Part shown: positions 8,734-17,450 of the stretch, piece after piece
Layout of the letters: each line of letters starts with the position of its first letter
Numbering within the stretch: the stretch's first letter is position 1
From: Campylobacter phage CP220
Reading direction: 5' to 3' (one strand)
Sequence record: FN667788.1
DNA length: 24,000 nt
Translations under genes and position numbers: made by a program
The notes under the pieces: model-generated
Told to the model about the DNA's origin: nothing
Database searches by the model: none
The model's input: only the letters and a program-made list of their open reading frames with translations

Positions 8734-9792
8734 ATGATTTTATATGATTTAAGTTCGTTGATTCACAGAGCTTTACATACTAGTATTAAGCAAATGAATC
8801 CACACAAAAAAGACGGTAAGTATATTACTGAAGAATTCATAAGTGGAACTATTTTTAGAATTATAGAAGAATTATTAGAAAATTATAGACTTTATAGAGT
8901 CAAATATAATACTATGGTTATTTGCATAGACGATCATAGTGTACCATATTGGCGAAAATCTTTATACCCAGATTATAAAGCTCAGAGAAAAACTCAAAGA
9001 GAAGAATCAGAAGTTAATTTTAAAGAAGTTTATAAACATATTAATATACTAATTAGAATTCTAAATGATTATACACCATTTAAAGCTATTGGTGTCCCAG
9101 GAGCTGAAGCTGATGATATCATTGGTGTATTAACTAGGAAGTTCTGCAAAGCAGAATCTATTTTAATTCTAAGTCCCGATAAAGACTTTAAACAATTACA
9201 TAAATTAGGTGATATAAAACAATATTCAGCAATAACCAATAAATGGGTTGTTAATGACGATCCAGAAGGTTGGGAAAGAATACATTGTTGTTTGGGTGAT
9301 GCTGCCGATAATGTACCACGCGTTGTGGATTTTTCGGAATTTACACCTGAGTTTAAAGCTTATTATCAAGGAACTGAATTAGATTTCTATAAGTTAGATG
9401 AAAACTTAAAACTAGGTATTATTAATAATTTTAATGAAGTTTATCCTGATGTTGAAGTTTATAAAAAACAAAGATTTGGTGAAGCTGCTTTAAATAAAAA
9501 GATTAAAGAGTTTGGGTCTTTAGATGCCTTTTTAGATTCTAACGAAATATATAGACTTAATTATAATCGTAATTATAAGTTAGTTATGGATAGTGAAATA
9601 CCTATTGATATTGAATTAGAAATCTTAAAGAAATATACAGAATCTAGTACAGATTTTAATATGGAAAATCTTAATAAGTATTTTTCATTTTATAATATAA
9701 CTACTTGTAGTCAATGGTTTAGTCAATTATGGAATGAAATGAGTAAACCTATAGAAATGACACCTTGGAATGTGGATTTTAGCAAGATCTAA
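8734..9792 (+). CDS. rnh: 5'-3' exonuclease / RNase H (T4 Rnh-like, FEN family)
   Basis: VICIDDHSVPYWRK, YKAQR, GAEADDIIGVLTR, ILSPDKDFKQL, LGDAADNVPRV. Confidence 0.88.
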   Translation: MILYDLSSLIHRALHTSIKQMNPHKKDGKYITEEFISGTIFRIIEELLENYRLYRVKYNTMVICIDDHSVPYWRKSLYPDYKAQRKTQREESEVNFKEVYKHINILIRILNDYTPFKAIGVPGAEADDIIGVLTRKFCKAESILILSPDKDFKQLHKLGDIKQYSAITNKWVVNDDPEGWERIHCCLGDAADNVPRVVDFSEFTPEFKAYYQGTELDFYKLDENLKLGIINNFNEVYPDVEVYKKQRFGEAALNKKIKEFGSLDAFLDSNEIYRLNYNRNYKLVMDSEIPIDIELEILKKYTESSTDFNMENLNKYFSFYNITTCSQWFSQLWNEMSKPIEMTPWNVDFSKI

Positions 9793-9851
9793 AATCCCTT
9801 CATAATCACACAAAAACAAGGTTTAAATCGATTTTAATTTAAAGGTATATT

Positions 9852-10400
9852 ATGATATTCTTAACTGGTGGAAATGGTTATTTAGCTAATTTATTGTGTA
9901 ATTATACTAGTCATATAGATTATGTTGCTATTTTCGGGTGTCCTAGCAGTATAAAAGATATAGATTCAGACCCGAAGAAATTAGCTTCTACATTAGATAC
10001 TATTGTTTTAGCCAAAGAGTTTAAACACAAAATTATTTTTGCAAGTTCAGTGGGTTCTAATTATCCTGGTTTACCAGGAACCCAAGGTTATTACAATCGT
10101 TATAAAAATGTCGCGGAGCATTATATAACAAATATGTATGATAATTATTTGATTTATAAAATTCCAAGAGTTTATGGCCCTAATAAAGTTAAAGGTATTT
10201 TTAAGACATTAAAAGACGGAACTTATGATGGTTCTTTAGAAACTAAAATAGATTATATTAATGAAGATGATTTCGTTACTTGGTTTATGGAAAACTTAAG
10301 TTCAAATAATAAAATAATTGAATATAATAAAGATTTTAGAAGTATTAAAGTTAAAGATCTTAAAGATTTAATACTTAATAATACTTTATATTTGCTATAA
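9852..10400 (+). CDS. Short extended-SDR / NAD-dependent epimerase-like protein
   Basis: N-terminal FLTGGNGYLA Rossmann motif, FASSVGS, YNRYK (YxxxK), KIPRVYGP. Confidence 0.75.
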   Translation: MIFLTGGNGYLANLLCNYTSHIDYVAIFGCPSSIKDIDSDPKKLASTLDTIVLAKEFKHKIIFASSVGSNYPGLPGTQGYYNRYKNVAEHYITNMYDNYLIYKIPRVYGPNKVKGIFKTLKDGTYDGSLETKIDYINEDDFVTWFMENLSSNNKIIEYNKDFRSIKVKDLKDLILNNTLYLL

Positions 10401-10444
10401 ATTGTATTGTAGATCGGAAATAAATATCCAAAAAAGGCTCAGCA

Positions 10445-11077
10445 GTGAACGTAAGATTACGTATTATTAATAATCAGCAAGTACCAGAATTACCAAGTTT
10501 CACAGATTCTAAAGAAGACAACTTAACTACAGATGTTAAATTAGATGTCTTAACACACCAAGAAGTAGATAGAAACTTTGCTAATATTATTACGTGGTTA
10601 AAAACTGTTAGTGATAAAATAGTCGAACAATCAACAGTTCTAAAACAATTAGATCCTGAAAATATGGAGAAACTTTTAAAAGCTGCTGAACAAATACAAA
10701 CAATTTCTGATGATATCAAAAGCTTAGAAACTAAGTATAACCAAGTTAATAATGATTTAACAAATTACAAAACTTCAAATGATTTGGCTTTATCTAGGAA
10801 ATTAGATTCAGTAAAAACTATAAATGGTATAGATATTACAGGTTCTGGAAACGCTGATATTAATATAACAAGAACGCAATTTACAAATCACTTAACTAAT
10901 ATTGGTATTAATGAAATTGGCAGCATAGCTATATTAGATTCTAAAACAACTTTGGTTTTTAATAATTTATATGCGGGTTCTAGCTTGTCCACGGATACTT
11001 ATGCATATATGCAAGGTACTTGGAAATGTACTGGTAAATTAAGTGATAATAAAGGCTTATTCATCAGAGTATCGTAA
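10445..11077 (+). CDS. Probable tail-fibre/virion structural protein, GTG start
   Basis: 210 aa; coiled-coil-like middle and a fibre-like ITGSGNADINITRTQFTN segment; GTG at 10445. Confidence 0.5.
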   Translation: MNVRLRIINNQQVPELPSFTDSKEDNLTTDVKLDVLTHQEVDRNFANIITWLKTVSDKIVEQSTVLKQLDPENMEKLLKAAEQIQTISDDIKSLETKYNQVNNDLTNYKTSNDLALSRKLDSVKTINGIDITGSGNADINITRTQFTNHLTNIGINEIGSIAILDSKTTLVFNNLYAGSSLSTDTYAYMQGTWKCTGKLSDNKGLFIRVS

Positions 11078-11094
11078 TCAAAAACTTAAGCAAA

Positions 11095-11118
11095 ACTTAA
11101 GCATTTATATAATATAAT
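11095..11118 (+). promoter_or_regulatory. Promoter-like motif ACTTAAG-N11-TATAAT
   Basis: ACTTAAG 11095-11101, TATAAT 11113-11118, TAAGGAG, ATG 11137. Confidence 0.5.
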
Positions 11119-11136
11119 AACAAATAAGGAGATTCG

Positions 11137-11814
11137 ATGGTATTAGAATATAACCCTATTAAATTAGGTAGTAGATCTATTAAAGTTCGTAATTGGAAAG
11201 TCAAAGACCGCGAGCTATACAAAGGTAAATTAAAAAATATCAGTTCTGCAGAAGATGAACTCAAAGCAAGATATGAATGTTTTGTTACAAATATTTTAGA
11301 AACACCAACTGCTTTAAATAATGATGAATTAGAATATTTGTTTTTATTATTAAGAATTATAAATCTTGGTGATGATTTAAATTATCATTGGTGGTGCAGA
11401 AGTTGCGAAAAAACTACTGATTCTAAAATTAAATTAAGTAAATTATTTACAACAAAATCAGGTAAAATCCAAGATATTGATATTGGTGATATCAAAATTG
11501 AACTTCAAGATGTTCAAAATGTTGAACTCTATAATAATAAATTAAGAACTTCAGATTCGCCAAGCACAGATGATTTAATTTTTCATATTAAATCTATTAA
11601 TGGTGATAATACAAAAGGCTTCCAAGATATTAAAAACTACTTCGATGAGTTAGATATTAATACAATGGATAAGATTTCTGAAGCATTCGAAAAAATGATA
11701 TTTAAAATTGAATCTAGGGAACACACAGTAACTTGTTCTCATTGTGGTGCTAATTCAACTTTTAATTTCGATGAAATACCAGATATTATGCCACCAAAAT
11801 GGTTAAAACGTTAA
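11137..11814 (+). CDS. T4-like baseplate protein (gp26/gp51-type), possible paralog of 2328-3062
   Basis: 225 aa; LEYLFLLLRIINLG, CRSC and CSHC pairs in similar positions to the 2328 ORF. Confidence 0.5.
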   Translation: MVLEYNPIKLGSRSIKVRNWKVKDRELYKGKLKNISSAEDELKARYECFVTNILETPTALNNDELEYLFLLLRIINLGDDLNYHWWCRSCEKTTDSKIKLSKLFTTKSGKIQDIDIGDIKIELQDVQNVELYNNKLRTSDSPSTDDLIFHIKSINGDNTKGFQDIKNYFDELDINTMDKISEAFEKMIFKIESREHTVTCSHCGANSTFNFDEIPDIMPPKWLKR

Positions 11815-11828
11815 GAAAGGATTAAATT

Positions 11829-12527
11829 ATGAGTATGTATATAACATATATAGATCAAGGCGCTTATAATATGATTGTTTCTGCTCAAAGAGACAATGCT
11901 TTTTTATTACCGGGGTCTAGCACATTAGAAGTTTTTGATAGTAAATTATTTACAGCAGTTTTAGAAGCATTAGCAGATAAAAAAACTTGTAAATTCTACA
12001 AAGATGTTGATGTATTAACTTTAGAAAACTTGGAAATTGACGAGAGTGCTAACTTAGTTAAGAATTCGTATATTTTCCAATTAACTTCTGCAATGGGTCA
12101 GATTTTTACAAGAATACCACAATATACTTATTTTAGATTTCAGTATCTTAATAATATATTTGCTTCGCAAGGTTATTTTATAACTGACGATAATCGCGAA
12201 GAGATGTATATTAAAATTCTTGAAACTGATAATGATAAATTAATTGCTAGTCTTGAAGAATATCTTAAGATTGTAAATCAACTAAATCAATATGAAAAAA
12301 TGTATCAAGAATTCTTAAATGGTTTAGATGAAATGGAAATGACAGATGATGAAGCAACTTTAGATCAAATCTTACAAGAAGCTTTAAATTATTTTACGAA
12401 CGCTCAAAAGAATTTCGTAACTATGGATTATAAAGGATGGTTTTCAACAATTAAAGCAGATTATGAAAATCGCCAAAATTCAGCTCAGCCTTCAAATCAA
12501 GCTTCTAATCAAACTGCTAATAGCTAA
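11829..12527 (+). CDS. Hypothetical protein, acidic C-terminal half
   Basis: 232 aa ORF immediately following the baseplate-like gene. Confidence 0.7.
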   Translation: MSMYITYIDQGAYNMIVSAQRDNAFLLPGSSTLEVFDSKLFTAVLEALADKKTCKFYKDVDVLTLENLEIDESANLVKNSYIFQLTSAMGQIFTRIPQYTYFRFQYLNNIFASQGYFITDDNREEMYIKILETDNDKLIASLEEYLKIVNQLNQYEKMYQEFLNGLDEMEMTDDEATLDQILQEALNYFTNAQKNFVTMDYKGWFSTIKADYENRQNSAQPSNQASNQTANS

Positions 12528-12531
12528 AAAT

Positions 12532-12560
12532 AAAGATCTAAATTATTTTAGATCTTTCTT
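12532..12560 (+). terminator. Rho-independent terminator-like hairpin
   Basis: Perfect 11-bp stem AAAGATCTAAA (12532-12542)/TTTAGATCTTT (12547-12557), 4-nt loop, followed by CTTATTTTAT. Confidence 0.7.
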
Positions 12561-12616
12561 ATTTTATGATTTTAAAATACTAAAATTTCTAAACGCTAAA
12601 TTCTAAAACTCAAAAA

Positions 12617-12641
12617 ACTTTAAGTTATTTTATTATATAAT
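12617..12641 (+). promoter_or_regulatory. Promoter-like motif ACTTTAAG-N11-TATAAT
   Basis: ACTTTAAG 12617-12624, TATAAT 12636-12641; 39 nt identical to the 12926 site. Confidence 0.65.
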
Positions 12642-12659
12642 ACTATAAAGGAGTTATGA

Positions 12660-12866
12660 ATGAATAAACAAAATATGAAAGATGTTTTAGAAGCTGAAGC
12701 TAATATCAGTAAGTTTTTAGATCCTTGGGTGTTAACAACTTTTGAACACCAGGTATTAGTAAGATTTTTAACTAATGAATTTATTGGTGCTAACTTTGAT
12801 GACCCCGAAACCCTAAAATATTTAGAAAACAGAGCTAAATTTTATATTGAAGAATTTATTAAATAA
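12660..12866 (+). CDS. Small acidic hypothetical protein
   Basis: 68 aa ORF preceded by the motif and AAAGGAG. Confidence 0.6.
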   Translation: MNKQNMKDVLEAEANISKFLDPWVLTTFEHQVLVRFLTNEFIGANFDDPETLKYLENRAKFYIEEFIK

Positions 12867-12925
12867 CAAGCTATATTTAACGCTAAGTGTTAATTTAAAT
12901 ATAAAAACTAAAACAATTTCAAAAA

Positions 12926-12950
12926 ACTTTAAGTTATTTTATTATATAAT
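12926..12950 (+). promoter_or_regulatory. Promoter-like motif ACTTTAAG-N11-TATAAT
   Basis: ACTTTAAG 12926-12933, TATAAT 12945-12950, AAAAGGAG, ATG 12969. Confidence 0.65.
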
Positions 12951-12968
12951 ACTATAAAAGGAGATTAA

Positions 12969-13763
12969 ATGATTTTCAAAACACGAACTAAAAAAGTTCC
13001 ATTCTATGAATTTTTCGGCGATACAATTCAAGGTGAAGGACCAAGATTAAAATCTGCAGTATTTGTTAGAGTTGCTGGTTGTAATAATACTTGCAAAGGT
13101 TTTGGGTGCTCTGCAGTAGCTCCTGATGGTTCGGCAGTAACAGGTTGTGATACTATTCGGGCAGTATCACCAAAATTTAAATCACAATGGAAATACTTTG
13201 ATAATTTCAAAGACTTAACATCAATTATTGATCCATTAGTTGCATTTAAAAACTCTGAAATTAAACATACCAAAGACATCATTTTAACTGGCGGTGAACC
13301 TTTATTATATTGGAATACTAATGTTATTCAAGATTTCTTAGCTTATTACATTTCAAGAAAACATCAAATAACAATAGAAACTAATGCAAGTTTGGATATT
13401 GAGTTCTTTAAAGAATATCAAAAAGAAATTATGTTCAGTATGTCAGTTAAATTAAGTTGTTCAGGAGAACCTAAAAAGAAAAGAATTAATATAAAAACAA
13501 TCAGTAAGATTCTTGAAAATTGCCCTAAATCTTATCTTAAATTTGTAGTCAATCCAGAAACTTGGGATACAGACTATGCTGAAATAAAAGAAATACTTTA
13601 TGATTTACCTATATACACTGAAGTATATTTAATGCCTATGGGTGAAACTCGTGAATTGCAAATTAAGAATACACCATTTGTGTTTGAAAAATGTGCTGAA
13701 CACGGATTTAGTTTTAGTCCAAGAGCTCATATTTTAGCTTTTGATACTAAGGAGGGTATTTAA
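12969..13763 (+). CDS. queE: QueE-like 7-carboxy-7-deazaguanine synthase (radical SAM)
   Basis: TIQGEGPRLKSAVFVRVAGCNNTCKGFGC...GCDTIRAV, ILTGGEPLL, TIETNAS, KFVVNPE. Confidence 0.82.
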   Translation: MIFKTRTKKVPFYEFFGDTIQGEGPRLKSAVFVRVAGCNNTCKGFGCSAVAPDGSAVTGCDTIRAVSPKFKSQWKYFDNFKDLTSIIDPLVAFKNSEIKHTKDIILTGGEPLLYWNTNVIQDFLAYYISRKHQITIETNASLDIEFFKEYQKEIMFSMSVKLSCSGEPKKKRINIKTISKILENCPKSYLKFVVNPETWDTDYAEIKEILYDLPIYTEVYLMPMGETRELQIKNTPFVFEKCAEHGFSFSPRAHILAFDTKEGI

Positions 13764-14023
13764 TGTTAAGTAATTGTGTACAATATAATATATTAGAAAC
13801 AACTGGTTTAATTATTATTAAATTTTTGTTATTATTAGTTGAATTAGGCTTCTATGTATCGGCTTTATTTTTAGTAGTTCTTGGTATTGTTAGTGTGTTT
13901 AAAATACCAGGAGTGTTTTATAAGTTATTCATTTTTATTATTTTGGGCTTAATAGCGTTTGCTTGTTTAAGTTTAGGCTATACTATAGGTTTAACTAATA
14001 TTGAATTTATATTTAAGATTTAA
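13763..14023 (+). CDS. Small membrane protein, function unknown
   Basis: 86 aa, two to three hydrophobic segments; start overlaps the previous stop (TAATG). Confidence 0.6.
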   Translation: MLSNCVQYNILETTGLIIIKFLLLLVELGFYVSALFLVVLGIVSVFKIPGVFYKLFIFIILGLIAFACLSLGYTIGLTNIEFIFKI

Positions 14024-14032
14024 GGAGTTAAT

Positions 14033-14803
14033 ATGAACTTAATAATTGGTTTTGGTGTAGTCGGGCAAAGCTTAGGAAATTATTTTGATTCTAAAGGCAT
14101 TGAATATAATATAATAGATCCAAGATTTAATGATAAAGATCTTAATGAAATTGGTTTAAATTGTTATAGCAAGATTTTTATATGCATTAATGTTTTAAAT
14201 GATGTTGTATCTGAAGGTCAAGATACAAAAACATTATACGAAATTTTAAATACTATAGAATCAAAAGATTTTAGAGGTTTAGTTGTTATTAGATCAACAT
14301 TGTTACCTAGCAATGTAGATTTTATAGAATCTGAATACAATTTAAAATTTGTAGCCTGGCCAGAATTTCTAACAGAAGTTGAATCATTGAAACGAGCAAA
14401 ATATCATATAATAGGCGCTAATAATATTATGTATGCTAAAGAAATTGCTGAATTAATAGATACGCCTTATGATTTTTGTAGTCTTAGAGAAGCAATGGAA
14501 GTTAAATACGCTAGAAATGCTTTAGGTGCTTTAAAGGTATTATTCTTTCACGAATTAAATGAAGCTGGGTTCAATGTTAGAAAAATAGAATTATTATTAA
14601 ATGAGTTCGAAGATTTTGATTCTCAAGGATTGATGGCTAAGTTATGTGTAGATGGTAAAAAAGGTTTTGGTGGCAAATGTTTTCCTAAAGATATCCAAGC
14701 ATTGATGTTTGAGTCTAATAAACAATCTAAACAAGCAGGTGATTTCTTCAGAAATATTTTAGAAGCTAATAATCAACTTAGATATTGTTGTAAAAAATCA
14801 TAA
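14033..14803 (+). CDS. Truncated UDP-glucose/GDP-mannose dehydrogenase family protein
   Basis: GFGVVG Rossmann motif, AWPEFLTEVESLKRAKYHIIG, EVKYARNALGALKVLFFHELN, catalytic GFGGKCFPKD; lacks a C-terminal domain. Confidence 0.8.
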   Translation: MNLIIGFGVVGQSLGNYFDSKGIEYNIIDPRFNDKDLNEIGLNCYSKIFICINVLNDVVSEGQDTKTLYEILNTIESKDFRGLVVIRSTLLPSNVDFIESEYNLKFVAWPEFLTEVESLKRAKYHIIGANNIMYAKEIAELIDTPYDFCSLREAMEVKYARNALGALKVLFFHELNEAGFNVRKIELLLNEFEDFDSQGLMAKLCVDGKKGFGGKCFPKDIQALMFESNKQSKQAGDFFRNILEANNQLRYCCKKS

Positions 14804-14827
14804 ATATATTAAATTTAAAGGTGTAAA

Positions 14828-15205
14828 ATGAATATGAATGTACAAAATCCAAAATTTTCTTTTACTGAAGATCAAACAAAACAAGTTCTTATGACAGCCT
14901 ATCATCTAAGTCAAGCTTCAGAATATATCCAAGAAACTAACGGTATGATGTCTTTAATGTTTAATTCTATGGCTATTGAATTATTAGACCAAGCTGGATT
15001 ATCTCAAGCATTTTTAGATGAATTAGGATATACTAAAACAACTGAACCTAAGATTCAACTTAATAAGAAAGAACAAGCAGAAGTAGACTCTTTATTCGAT
15101 GAGATTTTAAATGGGTCTAAATCTACAACAAAGGTAGAAACTGAAGTCAAAGATTTAAAATGTGATCACGAGAGTTGTGGTTGTAAGGATTCGAAAGGAA
15201 TATAA
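14828..15205 (+). CDS. Hypothetical protein with Cys-rich C-terminus
   Basis: 125 aa ending CDHESCGCKDSKGI. Confidence 0.6.
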   Translation: MNMNVQNPKFSFTEDQTKQVLMTAYHLSQASEYIQETNGMMSLMFNSMAIELLDQAGLSQAFLDELGYTKTTEPKIQLNKKEQAEVDSLFDEILNGSKSTTKVETEVKDLKCDHESCGCKDSKGI

Positions 15206-16143
15206 TGGTTCAACAAGAATTAAGAAAAATAATTTTTATATTGTTTGACGAACATTTACTTTCACAAGTTGTAGAAATGTTCGAAAAATACGAATATATC
15301 ATAGAAAATAACCCAGAAGGTATAGAAACGAAAACCGCGTATTTAATTTCGAAAATATACACAACTGGTGATAAATCTAAAGTTTTAGATTATTTAAAAC
15401 AATTGGGTGAATTAGAAGCTACTGATATTTTTCCAGATATCAAAATGCTCCAATGTAAATTAGCTATGAATTGTTATGAAAACAATTTAATTGAATATAG
15501 CAAATTAATAGCAACATTTGATAAAAATGATTTAGATTATGCTCAAGTAAATAACCCAGTAGTTTACAACACACCAGCATTGTACAGAGTTTCTATCAAT
15601 GGTAAAGATTTTGATGATAATATTAATAATATCAATAAATGTCTGACTTATTTAGGTGATAAGGTTGTATTTAGACAAACAATTGATAAAGTAGATAGAC
15701 CAAGTTATAAAAATTATCTTAAGATTAGACATTCTTTAGAACTTGGTGATTATGATTATGGGTTCGATGCTGTTAAAGCATTACAAGAATTATTTTATCA
15801 AGAAGGTTTAGATGCTAAAATAAACTCTGTTAATTATAAAGAACTTTTAAGTGATTATATTATAATAATGGATTTTATGAGCGCTTTCCAATTACTTGGA
15901 TATAAGTTTACCGATAAACCAGAATATAACAAATTAAAGCAAATGTTTAAAGATATTATTATAGAATTAAGTGTAGATTCTTTATTAATTTTAGAAACTT
16001 CTCAAGAAAATGTTCTTAAAACGCTCGCTGAGACTAAAAAACGTCTTATAAATGATGTAAAATATGATGCTAGTGAAGTTGATGCTTATTTGGGTCCAAT
16101 TTTACAAAGGATTAAAGACAGTGGTAAAAGATTTAATAGATAA
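15205..16143 (+). CDS. Hypothetical protein, mostly helical
   Basis: 312 aa ORF, start coupled to the previous stop. Confidence 0.65.
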   Translation: MVQQELRKIIFILFDEHLLSQVVEMFEKYEYIIENNPEGIETKTAYLISKIYTTGDKSKVLDYLKQLGELEATDIFPDIKMLQCKLAMNCYENNLIEYSKLIATFDKNDLDYAQVNNPVVYNTPALYRVSINGKDFDDNINNINKCLTYLGDKVVFRQTIDKVDRPSYKNYLKIRHSLELGDYDYGFDAVKALQELFYQEGLDAKINSVNYKELLSDYIIIMDFMSAFQLLGYKFTDKPEYNKLKQMFKDIIIELSVDSLLILETSQENVLKTLAETKKRLINDVKYDASEVDAYLGPILQRIKDSGKRFNR

Positions 16144-16345
16144 AAATCAAGCCGAAGTTCAGTTAAAAATACAAGATTTGCAAGACATCAGAGTGGGTAT
16201 AAAATATGCTTTGCGTTGTGCTAAAAAGATTAATTTAAATTCTGAATCTAACTCAAGTTTAGATTCGGATTTAAGCCAAGAAGAACTAAACTTTTTAGCT
16301 TGTTTAACTTGCTTACCTAAGACCAAAACTAAAAACAAAGGTTAA
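16121..16345 (+). CDS. Small protein ending ...LACLTCLPKTKTKNKG; likely start GTG 16121 rather than the listed 16064
   Basis: The in-frame GTG at 16121 is preceded by AAAGG and reduces overlap with the upstream ORF from 80 to 23 nt; the stop lies 1 nt before the next ATG. Confidence 0.5.
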   Translation: MVKDLIDKNQAEVQLKIQDLQDIRVGIKYALRCAKKINLNSESNSSLDSDLSQEELNFLACLTCLPKTKTKNKG

Positions 16346-16346
16346 A

Positions 16347-17450
16347 ATGGCAGGTAAACTAATAGTAGAATTTAGCTTAGATACTAAATGTAACTTAGCT
16401 TGTAAATATTGTTATAGTGCACATACACCACCAAACCCTATGTCTATAGACACCGCTATGAAATTCTTTGATAGAATTAATTATATGTTAGATTATTATG
16501 ATAAAGATAGCTATCATATTTCATACTTTGGTGGGGAACCTTTATTAAACTGGGAAGTGATTGAAGCAACTTTACCAAAATTCCAAGAAGATCCAAGATG
16601 TACCAGCTATGTTGTGATAACTAATGGTGCATTATTAGACCCTAAAAAAGTTCAGTTCTTAAAGGCTCATAATTGTGGAATTTCACTGAGTTTTGATGGT
16701 CTATGGCAAAATACTAATCGACCAGTGGTTGAAGGTACTTTTGAAGGAACTTTAGATTATTTTAAGCAAAACAAAGCATTAATTCATAGCATTACAGATA
16801 CCTGTAAAGTTATGATACAACCCAAGAACTTCACAACAATGACTGAAAATTTTGAGTTTTTTGTTAACGATTATGAATTCTTAAGACCCGATTTTTGTTT
16901 AGTTCGTGATAACATTTATACTAAAAGTCAAATAGAAACATTTGCTATAGAAGTTGAAAGATTAGCACATAAAGTACTTGAATATCAACATAAAGGAATA
17001 CCAGCAAGTGTAGGATTATTTGATTTATATGCTTTAGATATTTTAGCAGGTGCTAGATTTGGTAAAAGAGACCACGGTTGTTTCGTAGGAAATAACGGTT
17101 GTTTATATGCGGTAGATGGCAAATTCTGGCCTTGTGAGCGATACAGATCAACTAATAAAATGGTTCTATATAGTCCAGAATCTGGATTAAATCTAAAGAA
17201 TCTCAAGTTTATGTCTAAATACGCTGACCCAAGAAAATTCAAGAAATGTATGAAGTGTGAAATTCGTGAGTATTGTAATGTTGGGTGTACACATCAAGAA
17301 ATGAGAGAAGCTAAATTCGAAGGTAGAGAACCAATAGATTCTGTATGTCATTTATTTAAATATTCTTTTAAATGGGCTATGTTTGTTTTTAAGAACTCTA
17401 CTAAAGAATATAAAGATTATCTGTATAGAAGGCTTGAAGTTGGATCTTGA
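16347..17450 (+). CDS. Radical SAM/SPASM-domain peptide-modifying-type enzyme
   Basis: CNLACKYC (CX3CX2C), FGGEPLL, and full SPASM pattern CX12GX4C ... CMKCEIREYCNVGC (CX2CX5CX3C) ... C. Confidence 0.85.
   Translation: MAGKLIVEFSLDTKCNLACKYCYSAHTPPNPMSIDTAMKFFDRINYMLDYYDKDSYHISYFGGEPLLNWEVIEATLPKFQEDPRCTSYVVITNGALLDPKKVQFLKAHNCGISLSFDGLWQNTNRPVVEGTFEGTLDYFKQNKALIHSITDTCKVMIQPKNFTTMTENFEFFVNDYEFLRPDFCLVRDNIYTKSQIETFAIEVERLAHKVLEYQHKGIPASVGLFDLYALDILAGARFGKRDHGCFVGNNGCLYAVDGKFWPCERYRSTNKMVLYSPESGLNLKNLKFMSKYADPRKFKKCMKCEIREYCNVGCTHQEMREAKFEGREPIDSVCHLFKYSFKWAMFVFKNSTKEYKDYLYRRLEVGS

Noticed and set aside
10474-13282. Minus-strand ORFs 10474-10719 and 13028-13282
   Set aside because: Antisense to better-supported plus-strand coding sequences.
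16064-16120. Annotated N-terminal extension of the 93-aa ORF
   Set aside because: Would overlap the upstream gene by 80 nt; the in-frame GTG at 16121 is better placed behind AAAGG.
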